NCBI RefSeq assembly: GCF_026571515.1
Contig: NW_026864022.1
Coordinates: forward strand, 124,001-188,000
DNA length: 64,000 nt
Source: Ruditapes philippinarum
Taxonomy: Eukaryota
Reading direction: 5' to 3'
Position 1 is the first letter of the stretch. The number at the start of each line of letters is the position of its first letter. Below the pieces are notes generated by a model that worked only from the letters and a program-made list of their open reading frames with translations, had not been told where the DNA came from and searched no databases. The translations under genes were made by a program, and so were the position numbers. Below, piece after piece: positions 36,018 to 48,509 of this stretch.

Positions 36018-39000
36018 ATGGAACACAAAAGCTTAGATAATGAAACATTTAGGAACGAAAGCGATGTAGGTAAAAATCAAACGGACTTCTCTACATTTGA
36101 GGTAAATATTGATTTCTCTATTTTTGAGGTAGATATGAAGACCTCTTCATTTGAGGTAAGAGAACGTGTAAACAGATCTTAATTATTTGCAAAATGATTC
36201 TTAATCATACAGGGAGGTTATAAAAGCAATAAGCTTGTGCTTTCCTTAGGAAAAAAAATATTAGGATTAATTTAAATGGAATCTAGTTATGTGGAAACTT
36301 TATTGATAAGATGAGATGAATTTAAGAAAGGGAAGAGAAAATTTGAATAAATTTTAACATTTAGAGTAAATTAATGCTTGGCTTTTTCTTGCCCTTCAGG
36401 ACCATTAATTTTAATATTATTCGTGTTGAGGATTGAGTACTGCGCGCTTCAGCCGGTGCTTGGGTGTGTGGGAGTATAAATATCTTACAGAGCCTCGTTA
36501 CTGTCGTTTAACTGTTACCTTCGAGCTACACAGAAACAAAACTTAATTATTTTAACAAAGTGTCAACTATGTGCTATGTTTTCATTGCTCTGAGGGTCTC
36601 CATTTTTCAAGATTTTTCATTTATGTCGGGCATAAGAATATGAAAATTATTATAATAACAGGTAATAACAGCCACTCTATTTAAATGATGAAATCACTGA
36701 TTGCCTAAATAGTAGAAAAAACTAATTCCAGTCACAATTACATAAACATTGCTAATAGAAACTGCCGTCTCGTTCAACAAAAAAAAGTGATTTTAGTGAT
36801 TGAAGAGTTAACAATACACGAAGTAAAATTCTGTACACCTAATATTTGAAAGTAAAACATCATGTTAACCCATTTTGTCTCTTTCATTAATAATGCAAAT
36901 TCTATTAGATGAAACGTCTGTCCTTTTGTTTACACATGTACTTCTAGTATTTTATAACTTTGCATTTAATCTCTATTTATTTATTTAAGAATTGGACATT
37001 AAAATTTTTTAAAATATTATAAAAAAAAACCACATGTTTCTGCAGATATTTTTTTCAAATATGGATTATTTGCTAATTTTCTTTTATATCTTTCAATATT
37101 TGAATAATGAATAATGAAAAAATGATACACCGTATGTTCCAGGAAAATACGAGTACTTGCCGACTCCAATGGTATATGAGCCGTGTCATGACAAAACCAA
37201 CATAATGGGTGTGCGACCAGCACGGATCCAGACCAGCCTGCGCATCCGCGCAGTCTGATCAGGATCAATGCTGTTCGCTATCAGTTTCTCTACTTGTTAT
37301 TGGGTTTGTAAGCGATCAGTATGGATCCTGATCAGACTGCGCGGATGGTCTGGATCCATGCTGGTCGCAAACGCACTATGTTGGGTTTGTCGTTCCGCGG
37401 CTCAATTATAATTTTCCAATGTACCTCTTGTACTTTTCCCGTTATGATTGCATAAACTTTTCTTCGGCTGCTGTATATTTAGATACACTTTTTTTGCAAA
37501 CAAATCGGGTAAAATACAAGAACTACATTGGGGAATATGTACTATTGGAATTGGAGAACATTTGCTTGGCACATGGAGTATGCTTTATGTTTTGTTTTGT
37601 TGGGTTTTTTTTGTTTGACAAAAACTCAAAAAGATACTGTAAATTTGGCGAGAACTACATTGGAGAATATGTACTAATGGAATTGGAAAACATTTGCTTG
37701 GAACATGGAGTATGTTTTTTTTCGTTTGACAAAAACTCAAAGAGATACTGTATATTTGACGAAGATCACTCCTGCAAAGCAGTTTAATTCAAATTTTATA
37801 AAAGAATGGAAACAATTTATTCTAAAATTTCAGCCGTACGAAGAAGCCGCCGCTACAATTCTCTTACTTTTATTCACAATCATAATTTGTCTAAATGGAG
37901 TTGTAATTTACACCCTCGTGTTTACAAAACCAAAGGAGAGTCGACTCTTCTATTTTGAACTGCATTTAGCAATAGCAGGTAAGAAAAGACAGGAATTAAT
38001 TTGAGAAAAAATAATCTTAGATTATTATAAATGTTTAAAATCTTTATTTATTTTATTGTTTTATGTTTTAGAATTTTCATCTTTGTAGTGCATGTAATAT
38101 AGATAGCTTAATTAATCTATTATGCATTTGAGAAACCATCAATTGCTTAAATGATAAAAATTTAAAACTAGAATAATAATGCACATACAAATCTTATTGA
38201 ATCTAGATAATTGTTACCTAATTTCAGATTTTCTTGTGGGTATATGTAGTGTTCTTGGAGACGGTATAACAAATGCGCTGCATAACGAGTGGCACGGAGG
38301 TGACTTCTTATGTAAAATATATCGCTTTATTTCATCGATGACCCTCATTGCATCCAATAACCTCCTGATCGGAATGAGTATGGATCGGTTTATAGCAATC
38401 AAATATCCACATCATGTTGCTAAAAGAAGTAAGGGTTTTTAAAGTTTCAATTGTTTTTATCAATCTTTCTGAAAAGGCAGTATTCCAAATTACAGGAATA
38501 GTAAATAAACGCTGAACTTAGCTTACAGTTAAATGTCATTTGTTCATCTTANNNNNNNNNNNNNNNNNNNNNNNNNNNNNNNNNNNNNNNNNNNNNNNNN
38601 NNNNNNNNNNNNNNNNNNNNNNNNNNNNNNNNNNNNNNNNNNNNNNNNNNNNNNNNNNNNNNNNNNNNNNNNNNNNNNNNNNNNNNNNNNNNAAAAATAT
38701 TTTAATCACGTTCTATTCTATTCTGTTCTATTCTTGAACCTATTCCTAAACAAAAGTCGCTCTCCAAGCCTCGAGCTGGCTGAAACAAAAATCAGTTAAA
38801 TAAATACATCATGGCACAATAATTATGGAATTAAGTAACAATTGTATATATGATTAAACGGTGGTGAACATATAGTTTATCATTTTGTCGTTACCCTTCG
38901 GAAATGACCCTTTCTTTAAGGCAAACAAGCCTAGTAAATGTTTTTACGTTTATGTCTCAAAGCATTGTATTATGCCACGCTATGGTTATGACAAGGGGCG

Positions 39001-42000
39001 TATAGTGCTACTCCTGCCCGTCCGTAATTCAAAACATTTTGGCACAAATGTGTAGTATGATATAAGGCACTGTGTCATGCGCCATACCTTGACCCCTACC
39101 TCCAGGACCAAGGTCACGGGCGTCAAAGGTCAGCAGAAGGAAAAACTTGTCCATCAATTTTTCATGAATCAAGAGATTTAAACTTTTGACAAAAGTGTTA
39201 TGCATAATGAGCCCCTTTTTATCATAGCAAATTTTAAAGATCAAAGTTTTACTTTGACTTAACCGAGAAATTTGTGCTTTGTCACTCTAAAATTAAAGTC
39301 TTGTCAATATTTAGACACCCACAGAGTCTACCGAAAGAGGGAGGGGGGATGAAAGACTCACTTGGACGGATTTTATGGAATCGACGCGGCCCGCAAAATC
39401 GACTATGAAAACAGCACCAGAAACAACAGTTACATGCAAATGCGGAAAGGTTTGCAAGAACCAACGAGGTCTACGAATCTACCAAGGCAAGACTGGTTGT
39501 CAACTTGCAAGGTCCCGAGAACAGCGCTTAGTCGGTTTGACTAGTGAGACGCAGGAGTACCCTAATCCGGATTCAACTCACAGTATTGAGGAACCCTCCG
39601 TTTTCGAGACAACACACGATGCCTCTCATGACCCAGAGGTTGAAGAAGAAGACCCTCTCCTAGAACTACTTAAGATTCCGGGACATTGCAGCCAAGAAGC
39701 AGAGCAGGTAGCTGTTCTGGATAGACCACGTCTAGACCCTACCACTAGTCAAAGGAAACAAAGGATTATGTGGACCAAGGCATCAGACAAGACAGTATGG
39801 AAACTCCTAGACGGTGACCTAGATACTATCCTCGAGACATCCATGCAATGACCAGTGGACCGGAAGCTACACACCATCTCTACCTTAGTCTACTCTGTAG
39901 CAAAAGAAAGGTTTGGAGTGGAGCAAGTAAAGGTAAGAAAGGAGGCTCCAAAACCTAACAGACGGCAGTTACGCATTGTGAACCTTCGAAGGGAACTCCG
40001 TCAGCTGAAGCAAAGATACAAGAAGAGTTCATCGTAAGAGCGACTCGGGTTATCCCAGCTGAGAGACAAAGCTCGTGCACAAGCAGAGCTGAAATCCCTG
40101 CGGAAAGCCGAAAAAACGAGGAGGAAGGCCCGGGAGAGAGCCGAGAAGAGAATGGCGTTTACAGCCAATCCCTACAAGTTTGCAAGAACTCTACTTGACA
40201 AAGAGCGATCGGGTGTTCTTGAAGTTCCGCTGGAAGAGGTTGATACATACCTTCATGAGACCCACTCCGATGCTAGTAGAAACAATGCATTAGGTGTCTG
40301 TGAATGCATAGACCCCGCAGCACTTCCAGAGATTGAACTCTTAACTACAGAGCCAACACTGGGAAAAGTAAAAGAGGTCATCAAAAAAGCAAGATTTGGT
40401 TCTGCTCCTGGACCTAACGCCATCCCTTGCAAAGTGTATAAGATGTGCCCACTTCTACTGAAAAGGTTATGGAGGCTTCTCAAGGTGGTTTGGAGGAAAG
40501 GTGAAATATCAAAAGGAATCAGAGGGAATATTTACTTCCAAGGAAAGGAACTCCAAGAATGTCAACCAGTTCCTTGCAAGAAGACTTACATCTTACCTCA
40601 CATCCAACAAGTACATCAACACTTTCATCCAGAAGGGAGGAGTGCCTGGGTTTTCAGGTTGTGTAGAGCACACAAGTGCTATTTCACAGCTCATAAGAGA
40701 GGCAAAGGCATGGAAGAAGAACCTCACAGTAGTTTGGCTTGATCTAGATAACGCATATGGTTCCATCCCACACCAGCTGATCTACACAGCCCTCCGACAC
40801 TACCATGTCCAAAATCATGTGCAGAAAATCATCACCAGCTACTTGGATGGCATCAAACTCCGGTTCTCTGTTGGTGACCAGCTGACAAAGCGGCAGAAGT
40901 TGGAGAAAGGTATTGTAACCGGATGTACAGTTTCCGTGGTACTCTTCATCATGGGAATGAATCTCCTCATCAATGCTGCTCTTAGAGAGACTCGTGGGCG
41001 AAAGACAGATTCAGGGATTTACTTGCCATTTGCCATCCAGGCAAGGTTTCATGGATGACCTTACTTTCACCACAACCACCCATGTACAGGCGAGATGGAT
41101 GTTTACAGCCCTGACAGATGTCGCTTCATGAGCTAGAATGAAATTCAAGGACGCGAAATCCAGATCTCTCATTATCAAGAATGGCAAAACCACAGATAGG
41201 TTCATTCTCCGAGCACAGAATGAGGAATATCCCATCAATCACAAGAGTCCAATCAAGTGCCTAGGGAAGTGGTTTGATGCAAGCCTGCAAGATGGTGACA
41301 ATGTCAAGAAGCTAGAAAACCAGGTGGAAGACGGGCTTAAGGAAAAAGACAAAAGCAATCTCCCTGGGAAGTTCAAAGCCTGGTTATACCAGCATGCCTT
41401 ACTTCCAAGGCCAATCTAGCCTTTGATGCTGTATGAGATACCAAGCTCAAAAATTGAAGCCTTAGAGAGGATTACAAGCAGACACCTCCGCAAGTGGTTA
41501 GGAATACCACCCAGTTTCTCCGGTGTAGGACTGTATGGAAAGAGCAATCAGCATCAACTCCCATTTTCTTCACTGGTAGAGGAATTCAAGACAGCGAAGA
41601 CAAGATTGGTGCTCACCCTCAGAGATTCCCCAGATGAGCAAATTCGGGAAGCAGGGATTGTTACCCGTACAGGCAGAAAGTGGTCAGCATCAGAGACCGT
41701 TAACCAGGCTGAAAGCTCACTGAAGCTCAAGGTCATTGTGGGAATGACCGCTGTGGAACGACAGGGAATTGGTGCTACCACAACAACTCTGTGGAACCGG
41801 GCAGACCAGAAGAAGAGACGTGCCATGATTCAGTCAGAAGTCAGACGAGAGTGCAAGACAGGCTAGAGCAGTAGAGATGGGAGCACAGGGAGCATGGACC
41901 ACATGGAACACCATAGACAGGAAGCTGACTTGAGAAGACATATGAAAGTATGAACAATTACGGTTATCCTTTCTTATCAGGTCAGTTCATGACCTCTTAC

Positions 42001-45000
42001 CCTCCCCAGCTAATCTCCACCTGTGGGGACTTACAACGGACCCAGCATGTGACCTGTGCGATCGTCCTGGCACTCTGGAGCATGTCCTTTCTTCCTGTTC
42101 CACTGCACTGACACAGGGAAGGTACAGATGACGTCATGACAACGTCCTCAGGGAGGTGGCTGACTGTCTTGGAGGTGAAAGGAAAAGGAACGAAGGAGTA
42201 ACCCCAAGCTTTGTCACATCAACTTTGTGAAACTGGGTGAAACTGCCAAGACACAGTCCCACATCAACCATCAATTCTAGATGACACAACAGGTTGGAAC
42301 ATGGAGGTGGATCTTAGCAAGAAGCTTGTTTTCCCAAGTATTTCCAGACCAACTTAATACCAGATATTGTTTTGTGGTCTGAAAAAGGAAAGAAACTCGT
42401 CATGATTGAGTTAACAGTACCTTGGGAGACAAGATGTGAAGAGGCCCACGAGAGGAAGAAAGTATACAGAGCTACTCAACCAATGTAGACAGAGAGGCTG
42501 GCATACATGGCTGTTTCTTATTGAAGTTGGTGTGAGAGTGTTCTGTTCACAATCTGTGTGCCGACTGATGACAGCGATAGGAACTACTGGAAGGGATAGA
42601 CGTAGGACAATCCAGAGACTGAGCCAAGCTGCCGAGCGTGCGTCTAGCTGGCTGTGGCTGAGACGAAAGGAGAAGAGCTGGAAGCAATCGACCTCAACAC
42701 CGTAAGACGGTGGGCCCACTCGCCAGCAGATATACATGGATAAGGGCCGAAATATCAATGACGGCGAGCACCATGCTGATGATGGAGGTCGATCAGCAAT
42801 CTAGAAGCACCACAGGCAGGAGATCTACAGAAGATCTCAGATTGTATCTTACTCATCAAAAAAATTCTATCAACAGCCATCTGTCCTCTGACTTTAAAAA
42901 GTCCTGCAAGCAGTTATTGCAAAAACGTTTGATGAAATACCAACTACTGTCCTATTATGACATCATTCGGTGTCCTATAGAGGGGGCATCCGAGACTTTC
43001 AGACACACTTTCAGTTTTTGATGTTTTGTAACTCACTTAAATGACCCTTTAAATGAATCATTTTGATATTTTCTGCAAATTTTTTTTTTGAGGGGCCCTC
43101 AAAAAAATTATAGTTTAAATTTTAAAATTTTGAATTTGGGAAAACAATTAAAACCAAATTCCCTTTACGTTTTAAATTCTTTTTAAAAAACAATTATTAA
43201 AACCTTTATTATTATTTTTTTGGGCCCTGACATGCTGGGAAAACCATTTCAAAAATTTTAAAAACACAGCTTTGTTTTTTCCTTAAAAGGAAAAAATTTT
43301 ATTCAAAGCTAAGTAAGAAATTTAAATAAGTTTGTATTTATAACTGGTTTCTACTTTCCCGTCAGTACATTTTTGTTGTTGTTGTTTTTTCTAGGGATGT
43401 TAATCATTAGTAGATGGGAATCTGCAGATATATCGGATTAAGAGAATACTATTATACTATTTTGTATCAATTAAATCATGTATTTGAAACAATGGAATCT
43501 TAAAATTCAAAGAAAACTATGCTTATAAATCTATCCTTGTAGGTATTGACAGATGTATGGTTTTTGGAGCATGGCTTTTAAGTTTTGTGGTATCAAGTTT
43601 AATGTTTCCACTCGGTACAGGAGTCGATGCAAATCCAGACGCTGATGATTTAACGAACAAAAAAGGGGGGTATTTTAGAGATGCCCTTTCCCGTGGTGGA
43701 AGGGAAAACATTTTATCATTTAATATTGTAAAGGGTTAAAAGAGGGGAATACAAATCGTTTTTAAACTACATCTAACAAATGAGCCGCGTCACGACAAAA
43801 CCAACATAGAGGGTTTGCGACCAGTCTGATCAGGATCTATGTTGTTCGCTTACTATTACTCTATTACTTTATTACAAGTAGAGAACCTGATAGCGAACAG
43901 CATGGATCCTGATCAGACTGCGCGGATGCATGCTGGTCGCAAACGCACTATGTTGATTTTGTCATGACGCTGCTCAAATAACGAAGTTTCAGTACTCCAT
44001 CGCTTTTATCAAATTGATTAAACTTTGGTAAGAAAACATATTGCAGAAACCCAAACCCTAAAAAAATATGCATTTTATTTTTTTACATATATTTACAGCC
44101 ATATAGTCTAACAGTTGCAATTACAATCTACGTGTTACCTACGATCGGTATATCCGTATGTTATATAGGTATATGTGCTGTCTGGATGAAATGGAGCTCA
44201 AGATTTAATTTATCACAGAAAGACACGACTGGAAGCAGCGGTAAGACACATTGAATACACATGGTATTTAATATTCGATTACTAGTACTTAAAGGGACTC
44301 CACTGAGTTTTTTTTATTCTTTTTTTATTTTGAATGGACTGGAAATATATTTTCGAGATTTGTGTACCATTTGATATAGGTCTGAATCAAAAACTTGTGT
44401 GCAAAATTCATTAAGGTCATTCTAACTATTCCGTCTTCTTCCCATTTTTCCAGAATCATCATTTTTCTTTTGCAAAATATCTTAAAAATTAAAAGTGTAC
44501 TCAAATCGAGCTAAGAATCGGACACAATAAAATCGATTTTTAATTTAACTCTGAGCATGATTTTATATTGTGCTTCACTTGACCTATGTAAAGGATTTCA
44601 AATTTTATATGTTTAGGCTTTGTAACCTAAGTTGTGCCCCTTTAAAAAAATCACGGATTTATATTATAAATCTGCGATAAAAGTTATTAGATACTAAAAA
44701 GTAAAGTTTAATGATAATAACTTTCTTGAAAGATAGTTTATAGATTTTAATCCATACAAAATTACAAATATTTTTCAAATCGGCTATTTTTTATAATAAT
44801 TAAACACCCGTTTCTAAATTAACTCTTAAGAATTTACCGTAATGAAATATACTTTAGAATGTATTCCAATAAATTAATACATGTAATCCAGAAGTGACAA
44901 CTTAGAGTTCACAGTACAATATAATTCACATGAATAGAAATAAATGTCGAATATCAGCTTAATAGAAATTGTCACTGCAGTAAGACATGTTTTAAATTAG

Positions 45001-46025
45001 TAAAAAAAAAATTGTGTATAAACGTATTTTTATTGTTGTATCATGCATTTGTAGACAAACTTCCGGGTGAGAGATCAGAGATCAAAGGACGTATCTCAAA
45101 GGCGAAGATAAAGAGCATCAAAATGACCCTGGTTGTATGTTTGGGTATGTTGTAAATTGCAAGATTATTACGCGGTTACCCTCTAAACACTATATACTTT
45201 GTTTACATGTTGCTACTTTTACGATACAACCATCACTACTTTCTTCAGCTGTGTAACATCTAACATGCTCTATCATTATTTATGTCAAGTATGAGTTTTC
45301 TAAAGAATTAAAATATTATTAATTTCGGAGGAATGATGTGTCTATAACATGATTTGAATCTTTATAACTATACTGGTTTGGGGCGCCAACAAAACCGGAC
45401 AACCGCCAAACAGTCAATACCATTTTTTTTATGAAAGCTACAATTATTTTATGAGACGAAATTTATCATAATTGTTATAGAAACAGTTATATATAGTTAT
45501 TGTCTATTATTCAATTTCTTTGATATGTGTCTGTCGAGCGATGGACATCAACAACATAATTATCAAAATATAAGCTTATCGGCCCATAATATTCAATACA
45601 CGATGAGAATAAGGTTTTTTTAAATATACATTTATGCAATGTTTCGTGAAATTATTATCAATAAGCTTAAAGAAATCCACTCTTGAAATGTTTCCCGGTA
45701 TAATAATAATAATAACATAAATGTATATATTTATTTTTCAGCCTTTTTTATTTGCTGGACGCCATATTTCCTAGTTATGCTTATAAGCATTTATCACCCA
45801 GGTACGATTGAAACGAAAGCTTACCTGATATTAGGCTGTCTATACCCACTCAACAGTGCCTGCAATCCTATAATATTTATAATGTTCAACCGCAAACATT
45901 TCACTTGCCAACAAAAAAACCAACAGGTTGTACAGTCGAGTGAGGGCGCGAGCACAAGTGACGTCAACGTGACTAGGTGCATTCCTTTGGATGATTACCC
46001 AGATCCTTCGAAAAATAAGATCTAA
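36018..46025 (+). CDS. Class A neuropeptide GPCR, CCAP/neuropeptide-S/vasopressin-receptor-like
   Basis: Exons 36018-36155 (alternative donors 36101, 36128), 37834-37978, 38228-38428, 43543-~43702 (3' end corrupted), 44099-44240, 45055-45144, 45742-46025. Motifs: N-glycosylated N-terminus, SRLFYFELHLAIAD, W.GGDFLCK, MSMDRFIAIKYP, AWLLS, ISKAKIKSIKMT, FFICWTPYF, PLNSACNPIIF. Confidence 0.85.
37178..37403. mobile_element. Palindromic MITE family A, copy 7
   Basis: Same TIRs; flanks ATAT / AATT. Confidence 0.88.
37519..37760. repeat. Tandem duplication of ~120-130 bp in GPCR intron 1
   Basis: GAACTACATTGG.GAATATGTACTA.TGGAATTGGA...GACAAAAACTCAAA.AGATACTGTA occurs twice. Confidence 0.85.
38552..38692. 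other. Assembly gap (N run)
   Basis: 141 consecutive N. Confidence 1.
39315..42830 (+). mobile_element. Near full-length, decayed non-LTR retrotransposon of the R2 group (HERO-like) with restriction-like endonuclease
   Basis: N-terminal zinc finger CKCGKVCKNQRGLRIYQGKTGC; RT motifs SAPGPN, QKGGVPGFSGCVEH, WLDLDNAYGSIPH, GIVTGCTVS, FMDD (~41048); CCHC knuckle CDLC...EHVLSSC; GRYR*RHDNVL; endonuclease PDIVLWS...IELTVPWE...KY. Multiple stops and frameshifts; boundaries approximate. Confidence 0.9.
43782..43975. mobile_element. Palindromic MITE family A, copy 8 (internal deletions)
   Basis: Same TIRs; AAAT TSD. Confidence 0.88.
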
Positions 46026-46234
46026 AATGAATTCTGAGTCTACATTTACATTTGATAAAATTTACATTTGATATAGCATGCGTCAATTTTCAGTCTGTGG
46101 AAAATTGTGCTGTCTGACGTCATGCGCTTTCCTTGGCGTTGATTTCTGTTGAAGATGTCATAATAACTATATTGAAATATTGTTTGTTTTAAAGATTAAA
46201 CAATACCTTGCTTACTTTTTTAATTTTTTTAATG

Positions 46235-46478
46235 GTTGGATTGTACTAGCACCAACACAGTATAGATCCAACACAGTATATAGATCAACAAGTGACTTTC
46301 CAGCTTTACTGTTGGAGGAACGCCTCAGGTCCTCCTTGCATTGCATTATTTCAGTCACGAACGGTCACGCGAGTAGAACCACTGAAATTCTGTTAGCTAG
46401 CTGGATTGCTTCCTTACATGAAAGAATCCAAAGACCATGATAGAATTCTAACCCACAGCGTTGGGGGACAAGTGGCTA
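46235..46478 (-). mobile_element. tRNA-derived SINE fragment
   Basis: Reverse complement of the 5711/7725 SINE core (TTTCCAGCTT, CCTCAGGT, GTAGAACCAC, CATGAAAGA). Confidence 0.7.
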
Positions 46479-48509
46479 AATATTTTAAATGGACTTGTCC
46501 ATCTTTTTATCTGAACAAAACCATAAAAAAAGCTGACCATAAAGTGAACAGTGCAGACCATGAACAGGGCTAATCGTTGTCTGGACTGGTGCATTGGTCG
46601 TCACCAATAGGCTATGAGTAAACAAAACATTTCAACATTCTTATAATGGCCTTCACCTTTTCTTAAGGTCAAATATGTTATTTTTAAATAAATTGTTTCC
46701 TATAATTGCGAAATCAAAAGAATTAAGGTGGAAAATGAAATTTGCCAATGATAAAATACATAAACAATAAGGAAATTCCTCGATACCTCTAATCTACCGG
46801 TCAGCTCTCATTATTTTAATTAGTAAAGCGGACGATTCGTTTCCCGATATTCTATATTTAGAAACGGACATTTATTTTTATTCCACATTGGTCATCAGTA
46901 CAGGTTTCACAGTAAACTTCCACTCCTGTTGATTTTATCTCTATATAAACATGTTGGAAGACAGTAAGCATTTACAACAGCTTCTAAATTTGTAAATATT
47001 TTATTTGTACAATAAATTGATAAATTTTACAATAAAAATGGTAAATATATGATAAATGATATACTATGTATTGCTTTAGTCAATTACATGCATTCTTTCA
47101 ATGTAAAATTTATTTAAATGTGTATAACTATAATTCAAAATGTCATCTGCGTTACTTCTGTTAAAAAAATTAGTGGAAAGTCCGAAACAAGAGGACCACA
47201 ATAGTCTATGGCTTTACATTGCTCACCTGAGAACTTGCTGGCAAAGGAAGTAATTTCCATAGTGCAGAAGGTCTTCAGTCAGTCAAGGTCGTACAATGCT
47301 AATATAGCTCTGTACTTAGGTGAGCTAAAAATCTACCAATAGCGCAAAATTCGATGTGACTCAATAACAATCTTGTAGAATTCAGTGCATTCATTTTTTA
47401 TCAATATTATTTCTTTATCATATTAAAATTCTTTTATCACTTTTCCAAATAAGATGCTCTGAGGTTTATACTACAGGCTATCACCTTTGCAAACATATTC
47501 TTTTGCCTTAATTCTGTAACATGATATACTGATTAATAAAAAAGAATCTTAGTATAAACTGCTTGAAGACCTTGATTACACCTATTTGTTAATTAATGAG
47601 TCTATCATTGAGTGTAAAATATTAATTTCCTTGCTTATATACCAGTCTTGAAATAACTTTCTTAAATTAAACCAATCTCAAAAAAGGATATAAAAAAATG
47701 AAAAAGGAGATAAAAAGAAACATTTTACTTATTTTTGATATTGCATCAAAATATAGCTTGTTATTACTAACAATGACAATTGAAAGAATGAATGAATCTG
47801 ATAGTGCTCTAGCTATGGAATGCTTAAAATATTAATATAAATTCTCTAACACAACACAAATATGAAAAACACATTCAAATATAATAAGAGACATACCATT
47901 ATTATACATGTATTCTAGGAAAACACCTTTCATTCTCAGTTACAAGCCTATGGCAGTGAAAATCATATACATGTACTTGTATTACTCTTATATATATATA
48001 AATTTTGCTTTTTTCCCCCCAGCCTGTGATATTTTGTTCCTTTCCTTTATCTTATTCAGTCATTTATTTGCATAAAATTCACAACCGAAGCTTTTTTTTA
48101 ACACAAAACAGTAAAAAGACTTCTGACATATTACACAAATGCTCTCTGGTTCTTTTATTCCATATCCTAATATAATTATAGTAAAAAAAATCTGACTGAC
48201 TAATTGAAACAAACTTTTAGATTGATTAGTGTTTCTGGTCTGAAATTTAGAAAAAGAAAACCTAGTATTGTTGGGTTTTTTCTTTGTCCAGATCTTAATG
48301 TTAAGATAAAAATTTATATCATAATTTATATATGTGTATAATTAGTTATCTTATAGGAAAGACATAAAGCATAGACCAGTAACCAACTTTGATTTTATAG
48401 GAGAACAGGTTTCTCTGATTTGTGATACAACACACTATCTATACAAACCAAATTTTGTATAAAATTTAGACTTGAAACACTAATGAATCAGTGAAAGTTA
48501 TTTAATTGT

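Noticed and set aside
37419-37787. 122-aa ORF with an internal repeat
   Set aside because: Arises from an intronic tandem duplication; not in the GPCR splice path.
38533-38799. ORFs containing X runs
   Set aside because: Artefacts of the N gap.
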